DNA of 60,332 nucleotides, counting the filler, from Asterionella formosa (lineage: Eukaryota): the NCBI GenBank assembly GCA_002256025.1. It is 9 parts of 9 records of this genome, joined end to end, with 100 filler letters (N's around TTAATTAATTAA, not from the genome) between each part and the next. Parts side by side here need not be neighbours in the genome. Positions count along the whole stretch, not along the records: positions 13,451 to 20,068 come from NKIB01012655.1; positions 20,169 to 26,784 come from NKIB01012656.1; 7 more parts are not named here. One strand, 5' to 3'. Positions 13,351 through 26,884 of the stretch are shown in pieces (the stretch's first letter is position 1; every line of letters begins with the position of its first letter). Position numbers and translations under genes: made by a program. The notes under the pieces were generated by a model. The model saw only the letters and a program-made list of their open reading frames with translations. It did not search any database and was not told where the DNA came from.

Positions 13351-14384
13351 NNNNNNNNNNNNNNNNNNNNNNNNNNNNNNNNNNNNNNNNNNNNTTAATT
13401 AATTAANNNNNNNNNNNNNNNNNNNNNNNNNNNNNNNNNNNNNNNNNNNNAATGTTGATGCCCTGCCTATGGGCGTTTAGAGCGAGCCCTCGTCATTTTG
13501 CTTCAATAATAACATCCTCGGCGAGATGCACGTTTTAGAACTTTAGTACTCCGGCCACGATCTGTCTTATATTTCACTATTTCTTGTCCATCTTTCTATG
13601 CGGCTTTTCTTATAGGACTGAGCAAAAAAGAATGGGAGAACAAGGAAAGGGAATTGGTGAGGAATCTCATAAAATGAATGTATAACATATTCTGGTTTTG
13701 TATGTAATGTGATTCTAATCCAGGAATGCATTACAATGGACTATGTAGGCTGTCTTGACTGTACAATTTTTCTCACGTGCAATAAATGGAGTGTGTATTA
13801 TCTAGAAGTGACTCCTAGCAATGCGGGGCTGTGTGTTCAAGGCTACATACAGTATCGATGGTAGACTTTTAGACGGATGTCAGCATACTGAAGCGTACAA
13901 CCCAACTAGGTGCTGATTTCAATTATCTCAATCTGGTTACAAGCATGAAGGGCATGTCATATGATAGCTTGAATAGTTTTGTTTCAAATGTATATATGTG
14001 CATCTTTAATTAGCAGTTATCAGAAAGAAACCAGGCTAAATTTGTTTTTAGTCAATACTCAACTACTAATCAGTCCTGTTTCAGCAATCCCATTCCCATT
14101 TCTACAACTGGAAAACGGCTTGCAGAAACCGGTTCAGCAGTTGAGCAAATCCAGTACCGTTTTGGCAACTGGAGGAAATTCGGCATGATAAATCAGCTAA
14201 TTGCCAATGCATGGACAAAAGGGTCATTTTAAAATGTCAATAGACTCCTCTTGAAAATTTTCGGGTTCCAGTATCTATGTATACCTCTGCTATGTCGGCT
14301 CCTCCCTTAAAATAATAGAGTCGGAGTTAATATTTGCGAGGAATGTGGCAATAACTCCAATTTTGAAGGCCCTTGGCATGATTG

Positions 14385-16030
14385 CATCTGCACATAAAAA
14401 GTATCATGCAAATAGGATCAAGGGTATTGTATGCTAGCTAAGTGGTACAGGATTTTCATGTATATGATAATTTTTGGCTTAAAACTATGATCAAGGTATC
14501 CTGTACTAACTATGATGATTTATTAATATTTTACCAAACATGAAGTATAATGATAATAAAAACGTTATCATCACACAATGTATATCAACTGATTAACAAC
14601 ATTTCTCGTCATCAATATCATAAACCTTCTCATATTATTTTCACTTCTCGTGATCGCCAAATGTAAATTATTTCTACAACGCATCCTAAAATCTGCTAAA
14701 CTCTATGCTATCATGTGCATTGTTTCATTGTTTATCTATCCTAAACATGATCATAATTCTAATCACGAGCTTTGTTCAAAATAGATTGAAATAGATCGTA
14801 ATTTAACTATCAAATTTAGCAGTGCTATCTATGATTTTACAGGCCAGCAAACCAATGTTTCTCTCTCCAATTGGCTCAATGTATATTCTTCCTGTCTCGC
14901 CCTTTTCTTCCTAGTACATTCTGAATCTTGTACCATGCAGTGCTTAAGGTATATCGACTCTCTCCCTGTTGTAAGTGACACTCTGAACTCGCCGACTATT
15001 TCTTTGTTTGATTGTTTTTATTGTTCTATGCAGTTACAGTGGTAACAATGAGAAGGAATGACTTGTTAGCTAAACATGTTACACTGACACAACATCACGC
15101 CCTTCCATCGTATCCTCTTGCTTGCTTCACTTACCACAGCCAAATCAAAGCAAGTGATGTATAAGGCTGTAATAGTAAATTGTCAGTAAATTCTTGAATA
15201 AGTAAGCAAGTTTCAGGTATCCAATGCTGTCGAATAGAACTTACCGATTCATTTTCGTTAGCTTAACTTTGAGAGAAGGTAAACGTGGCGTATCCGCCAG
15301 TTATGTTCCATCAGGAGTGAATAGGTCCAACGACAAGAGCACTTACCAATTTTGTTTTGTTTTACATTGGTGCTCCCCAACAAGCGAAATGAGCTATTGA
15401 ATCAACTGAGAAGAAAGGAAACGTGCATTTAGTTCACAATTTGTTGTTGTCCACTCCCAACGATTGTCATCTATGTACCACATTGATGGCTTCATTACCT
15501 TAAACATACTTCATCCATAGAAGGCGCAATGTATCGAAGCCACAGAGTTTTTCGTTATTGCGTAAACTTTCCTTGTCATATGCTTCTACGATATTTCCTC
15601 TCAAGAAGCAGGCATTGTTTGTTAACATGACAGAACAATTTCAAATATATTTGCCATGTATATAGCTATAAAATTTGTAAATATATGAAGTGTCGAACAT
15701 TTAAACAATTCAAAGGCACTTTCAATATGGCACATCTGCTATTACCAATGATCATATTTGCATATAGATAATTCGAAAATATGCAATGCACCATATGTCC
15801 ATTTTTTTCCACAATTTCGTGTACCGGTGCTGTTTCTGAAATTTGTTTGCATTAATATCTTCTACGTCTGTTGGAACTAACTATTTAGACCATTCAATTG
15901 GTGTAAGTCACAACCCATTTGTATCATTATTTATATGCAAGGATTTTGGTAGCTGATTATTTAAGCCCCTTACTTGGCGGGAGCTCTTCATGTGTGCATC
16001 ATATGATCATAACATTCTATCATATATGCA
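14385..16030. repeat. Dispersed repeat R1, copy 2
   Basis: Homologous to ~6990-8630. Confidence 0.92.
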
Positions 16031-17005
16031 TCATGTGAGGGTCCTTTGATAAGTTTTAACCGCATCACCGCCAGCGCAGGAAGTGCGAGATTTGTAGGAG
16101 GGTTGGTGAGTCTTTTTGATTTTCTTCTTGGATGCTGGGGGATGGGGACTAGTCCAGGAATTTGGAGATTAAATTTTGCCCCTATCTCAGCCTTGGTAGT
16201 GTTCCAGGACAGAAGCATCGAATTTGGCAGGCTGGACCACAAAATTGCTAGTGAGTGTGTCTCATTCTGCAGTTGGAGGAGTGAAGGTTGGATTGATAAG
16301 CTGGTGCAGTGGTACTGGAGTCGACATCGAGATGAAGCTTCGATTGTGTGTGTATAATTTCTTCATTTGTTTGGCGTGCCCTCATGATGATAATTGATGC
16401 AATTACCTCCTGAGGTGTTGAATGGCAAGGGGCATAGCAAATCGGCAATGCTCAAACCACCAAGGGGGCATTGTGAAACTTTTCCCATGTGATTGAGATG
16501 TATGTGAATGTGAATTAGAGGAACATTCAGTTTTATGAGGGAACAAAATCTCAGCAAAGGGTTTACAGAATTGACATTTAGTAAGTTATCATGTAATGAG
16601 GGAACTGATTAGGTGCTACAACAAGGTGACTGTAGTATGTCATGCACCTCCCACACTTACGAGCCAGAATGGTGAACAATGGAGTAGATGATACAATTTT
16701 ATGATGGAGGTGGCAAAAATTTACATAGTGGCTGATTGCTCCATGAAAACCTTAACTTTGAACACTGTCACTGTGACCCTTCTTGAAAGACCTCAAAATA
16801 AGTCTTATGCAACCATTCGAGCTCATTTAATGTTGCCAATGCGCCTGTGGGTTGGCAAGAGCATTCACATCAAGGCGACCATGACCAGGTTGGGGTACAT
16901 TCATCCAATGGAGAGCATTGATGATACCAGGTTACCATTGTTGCTGCATGGACGTGTTTGAGGTATATAAATATAAAAATCAGTTCAATTTATATGGATT
17001 TGTAA

Positions 17006-17160
17006 TAATAACAGCGATCCTACTACTAGCACTGGTGAGCACCCTTGCTCACCATGGAGGGTGACGTATATTTACAGCTACACATAATAACAGCGATCCT
17101 ACTAGCACTGGTGAGCACCCTTGCTCACCATGGAGGGTGAGGTATATTTACAGCTACACA
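17006..17160. repeat. Tandem ~79-bp duplication, each unit with a 9-bp hairpin
   Basis: taataacagcgatcctac...TGGTGAGCA-ccct-TGCTCACCA...tatatttacagctacaca occurs twice. Confidence 0.9.
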
Positions 17161-17214
17161 ATCAAATGAGTCCATTTCAATGCCACTGCAGCTACAAAGT
17201 ATACAATTCGCTAC

Positions 17215-17630
17215 AAACCACAAGAATTGACTAGAAACTCATGGGGATAGACCAAAATGACCGAAATCCACCCAAGAGCAGCATCTTAAATTGAGGGAGG
17301 ATTTTGACAATGTCCCCGCATTCACAAATCAAATCCATTGAGTCCTCTTTCGCCCCACCATACCTACATGGTACATACTGAACAACAAGCAAATGAAAGA
17401 ACCACAAGAATTGACAAGAAATTCATGGAGATAGACCAAATGACCGAAATCCACCAACAACATTATGAAATTGAGTGAGGCTTCTGACGATGTCCCTGCA
17501 TCCAAATCAGATCCAGACAGTCTGTTTTTGTCCCACTGTACCTTTACAGTGAATACTGAACAGCAAACAGATGAAAGAACCAAAATAATTGACAAGGAAC
17601 TCATGAAGATAGACCATATGAGCAAAATTT
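17215..17630. repeat. Degenerate ~180-bp tandem repeat, 2-3 units
   Basis: aaccacaagaattgac...catgg..atagacca.atgac recurs at ~17215, ~17400 and ~17578. Confidence 0.7.
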
Positions 17631-18221
17631 ATGCAACAGCATCATTCAGTTGAGGAATGCTAGTCAAATTTTTGGAAAGAAAATATGAAACAAACAAAGA
17701 ACAAATCCAGGGTCTCGACCCACCTGCAAGACAGGTGTTAGTATTTATGGACTGCCTTGCCACGAAAACTGATGGCCAAACCTTTTTTACTTCTTTTCAA
17801 CACTCCTACACAAGGTACCTGGTAGTGATCACTCTAAAACTCTCCACCACCCCACCACATTTTTCTGGTCCATGGAGCGAAATCAATATAATCCTGTAGC
17901 AAATAGGCTACCGGTAATACTATTGCCCTGCAAAAATTATTGAAATATATGTACCGCTATGTAAGCACAACGATATTTTTCTTGACCATGCCAGCACCGT
18001 GTAGAATCCACAGAAAACTGAAGAACAAGCTGTAAAGTATACTACCAGGAGAACCTGGGACCTCGTACCAGTACCAGATGCTCTACATACGAAACAGAGA
18101 AGGAAATTACCAACCTGGTACCAGTATGTCTTAGCGTAACAGGTAAGGATACGCAAAGGTACCTGGTAACAGGTACCGCTAGCGAGTCCCGAGATATAAA
18201 TATCATGTGTACATTCCGGTA

Positions 18222-18359
18222 GGAAAATGAACTTTCGATCCCCTAACCCTAACTCTATCTTCAGATGCTACCTTGGAAGAGTCTATGTATGTATGTAGGT
18301 TAGGTTCGGTGTACGAAATGTCGAAATGCATATGTTAGGGGAACGAAATATCATTTTCC
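18222..18359. mobile_element. Small MITE, 138 bp, TA-flanked
   Basis: TA-GGAAAATGAACTTTCGATCCCCTAAC ... GTTAGGGGAACGAAATATCATTTTCC-TA: 26-bp TIR with 3 mismatches. Confidence 0.7.
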
Positions 18360-18740
18360 TAAATACCGGTATATGATACTGTACATGTATGTACGATTTT
18401 ATATACTGAGTGATTGCAGGAGGAGTTACGGTACCAGGTACCTGGTACCTGCAGATATTACCAGCAAGTTGCAGTAATTTTGCAAAATCTAAAGCTTTAG
18501 CTATCTTTATCCCAGATCAAAATGTTAGTTTAAGCAAAATGACCGCAACTTGCAGGTGCTCCCATGTACCCCCCCCCAAGAGCACACTTTTCCTTCACTG
18601 ATACTGTGTGTAACATTGATCAACTGTAACGAAACGAGCAAGGATAACACTCCCATAGTTGAACATCTACAAAGAGACGTATTCATCTTCTAACTTGAGC
18701 TTCTTGTAACAACGTAGAAAACCAAATTGTGAAAAACGGA

Positions 18741-20068
18741 ATGACGAATTTTGTTATCGTTTTGCTGTTGGCTTGGATTGTTTCTGTTTACAGTGCAGAT
18801 AAATATCTTTACTTGGACGATAGCGATGCCAAATCTATCATCATTGAGCACACTGATGAGAGTGACTTTGGAACATCAACAAGACCACGGGTTGTAGAAT
18901 TCTATTCTCCGTTCTGTGGGTACGTTTTTGTCGGGCACATGAACGAGTTGGTCGACGATTGACTCAAGGAAGATCAGGGCTGCCTAGATGTCCCTAGTAA
19001 TTTTACAATTGGAATCTTGCGGCTCATTCACTCACCTCTTGTCTTTCTTTGCCATTATTATCGTATCGTTTACAGAGGATGCATCGCTTTCAAGCCAAAG
19101 TACATTGCCCTCGCCAGAGAAACAATGGAGAAAGACCCAGAAATTGAATTTTTTGCTGTTTCCTGTGCCGCCCACAAGGAAACGTGTGATCAATACAAAA
19201 TGAACGGATACCCCAGCATCTTCACCTTCCCAAAAAATTCAAAAGAAGGACTTTCTTTGAAAAGATCGAAAAACCCATTTTCCGATGGATATAATTCTTC
19301 TGATATACTGAAGGCTTTGGGCTCGACCAACGTGGCCAAAGATGGTAGGATACTCGTTGAGGGAGTTGAGAGGAAGGAATTCGCAGAGAAAATAGGTGTT
19401 ACCGACGAGAATGACGAGGATGTCACCAAAGAAGAGGAAAAGGAAGTCACAGAAGAAACTGAAGGAGGTATCGATCAGGAGGAAATGACAATTACAGACG
19501 AAACTGAAGGTGGCACTGACAAGAAGAAAAAGGAAGTCACGGACGAAGCTGAAGACGTCGCTGACGAGGAGGAGCTGGAAGTCAAGGATGAAAACGAAGG
19601 CGGCACCGACGAGGATGAAAAGGATGTCACAAACAAAAACGAAGGTGCCACCCACGAGGAGGAAAAGGATGTTACAGACAAAACCGAAGGTGCTACCGAC
19701 GAGCAGGAAATGGAAGTCCAAGACCAAAACGAAAGTGAAACCAACGAGAAGGACGAGAAAGTGAATAAAGAGGACGCAAATGAAGTCATGGAAGAAACAG
19801 AACGTGATACCAAAGAGGAGGAAAAGAAAGTCGCCGAAGAAATAAAATATGGCGCCGACGCCCTCGAGGGAGAAGAAATCGACCAACATTTCGTGGATTC
19901 AAAGCATGTTGAAGAAGCAAATACCGATGACAAGGGACACGTTGCTGAAATGTCTGCACTTTCCCTCAAGAAGGCTTCCTCACTTTCTGGAATGGGACAA
20001 TCCTCTAGAAGCAAGCTAAAGGCGCTGAAGGTCAAGTATGCGAAGGAAAGGAATATAAGTGGTATTTC
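18741..20068 (+). CDS. Secretory thioredoxin-domain protein (QSOX/PDI-like N-terminus) with acidic 15-aa repeats; 3' partial; join(18741..18919,19076..>20068)
   Basis: Signal peptide. RVVEFYSPFCGGCIAFKPKY is formed across a GTACGT...TTACAG intron (18920-19075). AVSC and GYPS (cis-Pro loop) present. Truncated by the contig end. Confidence 0.85.
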
Positions 20069-20336
20069 NNNNNNNNNNNNNNNNNNNNNNNNNNNNNNNN
20101 NNNNNNNNNNNNTTAATTAATTAANNNNNNNNNNNNNNNNNNNNNNNNNNNNNNNNNNNNNNNNNNNNAGCCTGTGATGCAGGTGCACAAATGAGTCCAG
20201 CCTCCTCTTCAAGCCCTTGATTCCAAGACGATGAATCATATCCTTAAATCAGCAGCAGGAGTTGATGATGCGAACATTCGTGTGTGAAGTTGTGTGCACA
20301 TTCAGACAATCACAATATGTATTTTGACATGATTGA

Positions 20337-23300
20337 TGTTGGAGAAATTATTTTAGGAAAGAAAAATCCCGGCATGAATTGCCTACTACATATTGAATCG
20401 AATGAATCAAAAACGAATATGGTAGCAGAGAAAACTCGGAATTCGAAAACAATCTACATGACCAGTAAAACCTATAATTCTACTAAAACTCTTAAGAACG
20501 ATTACAATCAATTACTGCAACATTGTTGTTCATATCTACAGCCCATTTGGTCCCTGACGTGTCCTTACAGGATACAAGAAAGCAATAGAGGGCTTCGGGA
20601 CGCAATTTCAAAAGTTTCAGTAGAATTAGCCGGCCAGGAAGAGCCGTAATATTACAATCAACAACAGGTGGACTGTTGAGAGTGCGGAGACAAGATCTGA
20701 GGGTACCAGACCATCCAGAGTCTGAAGAATTCGCACAAGGCGCATCATGAGTGGCAAAGGAAAGTTTTCCAAGAAGGCTCAGGCCAAGGGCAAGTTTCTA
20801 GCCAAGGGAGGGAGCAATACTAATGCTTCTCAAACCATCAAGAAGTCAGTTAATGACTATAACTAGTACTACCTCAGATCAGCAAAGCAGGCATCTGATT
20901 ATGAGACTACTACTGAGTGCCTCATCAACTACATCAAGAAAGTGTTTGACTATGGCAGTGACATAGGAATGGTGCTAAAGTTGGTAGAACAAATTATCAC
21001 ATCAGCATGGAAGCCAAGAATGCAAGTGAGCATTGCAACAACAGAAGAAGATCGTGCTGCAGAGAATCGGCAATATGAGATCAAGTTTAAGGCAGATGAT
21101 GACACCTACAGTAAAAGGGTACAGGCCTACGAAAATAATAATACCAAGGCATTTGCATTGCTCTGGGAAAGATGCAACAAAGCCATGAAGAACAAGATCA
21201 AAGCAAGATCCAATTACAATAGGATCGAAAATAACCCAATAACATTGCTTATGGCAATTAAAGAACATGCATTGAATTTTCAAGAGAATTGATATTCAAT
21301 GCCAATCATTTTAGATGCAATGAGAACGCTTTTACATACAAAGCAAAAAGGAGAAAGTCTACAAGACTACACCAAGAGGTTTTGGGTGGCATGAGATGTG
21401 CTCAAGTCACACATTGGAGGACCCATTATACTCACCAAGTTTGGTGAAGCCATGAATAGGTACAACAAGACAGTCATCAAGCAACGAGATAAATTTTGTG
21501 AACAAGCTTTCAGTCAATTTATAGCCTATTTATACCTGAATAATGCTGATAAGGCCAAACATGGATCAATTATGACCGGGCTGAACACTCAACAGTCACT
21601 CAGCAATAATCAATACCCAAAGAGTATCACCAAATCCAATAATGTTCTCAGTAACCACAGGTTCGACATAACAAATAAGCGCAACAGTCACAAAAAACCA
21701 GGAGATCACAATAAAGACAGGGAACAAAAGGATGCAGAGAAGGATGATGAAGATGTGAACTTATCGTTTGCACAGTTAGAAGGAAAATGTTACTGCTGTG
21801 GAAGAGCAGGTCACAAATCTCCTTCGTGCTGAGACAAGAACAAACCCAAAGAGGAATGGGCTAGCAACAGGGCACAAAGCCATGCACAGGCACAGGCTAA
21901 TACATCTGACATGAGTACAGTTACCTCTGTTAATTCCAACAACCCGCCGTCATCACAAGCTTCACAACAAGCAAACGCCAATCAATTTGGATGGACGGGA
22001 GCTCATATGAAATTACAATTTTACCAAGCATCTGAGATGCGTGACTGGATACTATTGGATAATCAATCAAGTGTCACAGTCTTTTGCAACCCAAAAATGG
22101 TTGATAACATTCGAATGTCAACCAACGGAAGCATGCACCTGGCCACAAATGGTGGATCCATGGTAACTACTATGAAGGCTGATCTTCCAGAATGGGGAGA
22201 AGTATGGTTTAATGAAAAGGCAATCACAAACATCTTCAGTTATGCCGAAATGGCAGATAGGTACAGAATTACCTACAACTCCAAGAAAGAAGATGCATTC
22301 ATTGTTCATTTGCCTGACAAAACAGTTCGATTTGAAAGAATTGGGATGAACTTATATCTTTTCAAGCCAACTACAAGAATTAAAGCGGAGAATGCTCAAA
22401 TGTTAAATACACTTGAAGAAAACAAAACATTTTACACTGAACGTCAATTTCAGAGAGCTAAGCAAGCTCGTGATCTATTTCATGCCTTGGGTACACCATC
22501 AATTAACGATTTCAAGGCAATAATTCGTATGAATACGATCAACAATAATCCAGTGACTACCGATGATATCAAAATTGCAGAGAAAATTTTTGGACCTGAC
22601 ATCGGAACACAAAAAGGCAAGACAACTCGTTGCAAGCCGCTGCCAGTCGTGAACAACTACATCGAGATTCCTAAGGAGCTCATCCAAGCTCAACGCGAAG
22701 TGATTCTTTGCATGGATGGAATGAAAGTGAATGGACAATCATTTCTCACAACAATTTCTCGAAACATTATGTATAGGACAGCGCAATGGGTCAAGAATCA
22801 GACAGCTGAAGTCTATCGAGATGCTTTGATTCAAGTATTCCGTGTTTATAATACCGGAGGATTTAAAATTACAACAATCCACTGTGACAACGAGTTTCGA
22901 CCTTTGATGGAACAAATTTCCAATGAATTTCAAGTCACTATGAACTACGAAAACCCAAAAGAACATGTTCCCGAAGCGGAGCGAAATAATTGAGTGATTA
23001 AAGAACACGTGCGCGCAGCTTATCATCGATTACCTTTCAAAAATTTGCCACGACTGATGATTAAGATTCTAGTAGTGACAGAATCTGCAAAGAAACTGAA
23101 TTTCTTTCCGGCAAAGAACGGGATATCCCCGTATTACAGTCCTCGTATGATTCTACGTCAACGAAACCTAGACTATGCTCGACATTGCCAGTATACATTT
23201 GGCACTTATGTCCAAGCACATGAAGAACCTGTGTTTTAAATCACTAATGCACCTCGCAGCCTAGATTGCATTTTTCTACGCTACAATGACAATGTGCAAG

Positions 23301-25934
23301 GAGGTCATGATTTGTTACACCTACCTACAAATTCATTGATCACTAGATGAACAATTACTCCTCTACCACTTACCCCAGCAATCATGAATCAAGTACATGC
23401 TCTTGCTGTGCAGGAGAATATGCCAGACGATCTCAAGATATCTAATCGAACGGAACAACTATTTTATGATAGTGCTTGGATTGCAGGAGTGGATTATGAT
23501 AATGAAGCATTTGAAGATGCACAAGATGAAGATTATGAAGATCAAGATGCTAGTGACAACGAAAGCAATGATGAAATTCTCGGAGAAGAAGACTATGATG
23601 AAATGACTCCGGATGAAATATATGAAGCAGAACAGCTCGAATTAAACGACAATACTCAAGAGGATGACCCTGAACCTGACGAGGGCAACAATGAGAATAA
23701 TATTGAAATGAATGCAGATGATATCCAAGATGAGGATGAAGAACCAGCAAATGAAACTGAAAATGAAGAGGCAATGTTAGAAGTCAATCCAAGTACTGAG
23801 GATGACACAGACCCAAATGTTAGAACTACAAGGTCTGGAAGAGTCTCAAGACCACCATCAAAACTAACTATGGTCCAAAATCATTTGCATACCCAAGCAC
23901 ACTGTCGAGAAGAATACACGACTGATAATGCGAAAGTGATCGCAATGACAATGTGTTATATGAATGAGATGTGTATCGATAAAGAAGCATTTCACTTTGT
24001 TCAGTCATACAGCTTAAGAAAAGGCCTCAAGAAATTTGGCCAGAAAGGAAGAGATGCTGCGTATAAAGAAATGAAACAACTACATGATAGAGTTGTATTT
24101 GAACAGATTAGGATTGAAGACCTAACAGAGATCGAAAAGCGACGCGCAATGGAAAGTCAAATTGTTTTGGTTGAAAAGAGAGACAAGAGTATTAAAGGCA
24201 GAGCTTGTGCCAATGGCAGTTCGCAACCACGTGAATGAATGGAAAGAGATGAAGCAGCTAGTCCTATTACCATGACGGGATCTGTTATGATAACAGCAAA
24301 AATTGATGCGAAGCAAATCGCGATGTTATGACAGCAGATATACCCAATGCATTTGTGCAATTGGTTATCGACGAGAAAGAAAAAGGGGAACGAATCATTA
24401 TGAGGATTGAGTGTTCACTTGTCAATATGTTGACAGAACTCAGCCCCAAGACTCATGAAAAATATGTTGTTTATGAAGGAATCAACAACAATGTCCTATA
24501 CATTAGGATGATCAAGGCATTATATGGCATGTTACAGTCATCATTGTTTTATTACAGGAAGGATATTGAGTCAATTGGTTTCAAGGTCAATCCATATGAT
24601 CCATGCGTTGCAAATCGCATTGTTAATGGCAAACAGCACACAGTTACTTGGCACGTAGACGATTTTAAATTAAGTCACTTGGACAGCAAAGTGAATGATC
24701 AATTTTTGGAATGGCTCAAAAAGAAATACGCTTCTGACAAAATTGGTGAAAAGCAAGGTCATGTGTGGAAAGAAGAATGATTATTTGGCGATGACACTAG
24801 ATTACTCTCTTCCAGGAGTGTTGAGGGTGGATATGACTAAATTTGTGAAATCAATGATTAATGATTTTCCAGAGAATCTTGAAAGTGTTGGAAAATTCCC
24901 ATGGACAGATAAATTGTTCACAGTGCGTTGATACGAAGTTAATGAAGCTTGAATATGAAAAAGCAAAAATATTTCATACTTTTGTTATGAAAGGAATGTT
25001 CCTATGTAAGCAAGGAGGACAGGACATTCAACTAGGAATTGCATTTCTGACAACCCAAACTACTGAACCAAATGAAGTTGATTGGGCAAAATTAGTCAAG
25101 ATCATGAATTTCTTGAAAGCAACTCAGAATGAGGTTGCATCAATGAGTGCTGATGAAACTCAGAGCATTAAATGGTATGTTGATGTGACGTTTGCTGTAC
25201 ACAAAGATTTAAAAGTCTCTCAGGAGCTACGTTGTCACTTGGAAATGGAATTAATTGTTCTATGTCTATGTAACAGAAAGTGAACATTAGATGTTCGGCT
25301 GAAGCAGAATTGGTTGGTGTCGATGACATTGTATCAAAAGTGTTGTGGACGAAATTATTTATTGAAGCACAAGGACACAAGGTGACTACAAATGTCATTT
25401 ACCATGTCAACACTAGCGCAATGAAGCTAGAAGAAAATGGAAAAGCAAGTTCAGGAAAACGCACGCGACATTTCAACATCAAGTATTTTTTTACATTACT
25501 GATCTTATTGAAAGAAAGGAAGTAAAAATAAAGTACTATACAATGGATGCAATGTTAGCAGACTACATGACGAAACCACTGGTTGGAACGAAATTTATTC
25601 ATTTTCATCAGCAAATTATGAATTCAAAGTGAGCATCCGTGTCCAGCAGGAGTGTGTTGGAGAAATTATTTTAGGAAAGAAAAATCCCAGTATGAATTGC
25701 CTACTTCATATTGAATCGAATTAATCAAAAAAGAATTTGGTACCAGAGAAAACTCAGAATTCGAAAACAATCTGCATCACCAGTAAAACCCATAATTCTA
25801 CAAAAACTCTTAGTAACCACGATTACAATCGATTACTGCAACATCGTTGTTCATATCTCAAGCGTATTTGGTCCCTGACATGTCCTTACAGGATACAAGA
25901 AAGCAATAGAGGGCTTCAGGATGCAATTTCAACA
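20337..25934 (+). mobile_element. Full-length but decayed Ty1/copia LTR retrotransposon (CoDi-like)
   Basis: LTRs at 20337-20613 and 25655-25934 (TG start, 3' LTR ends CA), 5-bp TSD ATTGA on both sides, purine-rich PPT before 25655. Gag CCHC knuckle (CYCCGRAGHKSPSC), protease LLDNQS, integrase (MDG...CDNEF...EAERNN), RT (ADIPNAF, KALYG, WHVDD) and RNase H in copia order. Confidence 0.96.
20747..25632 (+). pseudogene. copia gag-pol polyprotein, disrupted
   Basis: Many in-frame stops and frameshifts split it into the ORFs at 20942, 21398, 21911, 22994, 23384, 24328, 24695, 24861 and 25280. Confidence 0.92.
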
Positions 25935-26563
25935 ATTGAAGGATGAGTGAATCTAAATTTAAATAAATGAGGATATGGTTTACCTATGTAGGCTACCGGT
26001 ACCGGTAATTCTTGTATATGTACATAACAAATGGCTGTTTACTCCGAGGACACGGTAAACAGCTATTTTGTCCAAAAAAGGTTGATCTGTTGACACTTTC
26101 ACGTACGGTATATCGGTATGTATTGATCATACCTGTACAAATGAATTTTCAGTGTCGCTCGTATACACATAGCTAGAGAAGCAAGCGCTACGAGGTACCA
26201 GGTACATGCTCAGCTACTGATGGATCGTTTCAGATTTGTCAACTAAGATAGCTATGTGGAGAAATTCGTCACAAAACGTGTTATTCGATGTACCGTATAG
26301 AGGTTCAAAGCAGTTTTTAGGTGGTACCAGGTGAGCAATCCTGCACATCGATACAGATATATATAGAGTCAGGGTTATGTCAAATATATCAGAATTCAAT
26401 AATGAGAGAATTCGACTAACACCCATTCTATACTTTGATGTCAGTTCAGGAAATGAGTTATACATAAGGATTAATTAATAAGCTCATATATCCAACAAAT
26501 ACTACTACTTCTAGTTAGATACTTCACTTTGAATTCAAAAAGAGTCCAATTAGAAAAAAAAAC

Positions 26564-26784
26564 ATGGCAATGTATTCAAGGGTTCCTGTGATTCCTTTGA
26601 TCAAAGACTACAATGTATTGACTATCAAGAATAAGACATTCAGAGTTGCTTTAACCGGTGGAAGGTTTGAATCGTTTGATCAAGATATGATCGATGGAAG
26701 CTCAGTGGAAGCATTGTTAATTGGAGTGAGTCAATTTCGTGACATGGCTAACACATGTGCCTTTAGCCCTGCAGATACCTTTTC
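26564..26784 (+). CDS. Partial ORF of unknown function, possibly a retroelement gag N-terminus
   Basis: Open from an ATG to the contig end (73 aa); no diagnostic motif. Confidence 0.25.
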
Positions 26785-26884
26785 NNNNNNNNNNNNNNNN
26801 NNNNNNNNNNNNNNNNNNNNNNNNNNNNTTAATTAATTAANNNNNNNNNNNNNNNNNNNNNNNNNNNNNNNNNNNNNNNNNNNN

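Noticed and set aside
18241..18253. CCCTAACCCTAA telomere-like motif
   Set aside because: Only two units, overlapping the TIR of a small MITE; not a chromosome end.
19239..20035. Long antisense ORFs (216 and 186 aa)
   Set aside because: Shadows of the acidic repeat on the + strand gene.
21290..23350. TGA readthrough or alternative genetic code in the copia ORF
   Set aside because: Frameshifts and TAA/TAG stops are also present, and host genes end in TGA. CpG decay explains the pattern.
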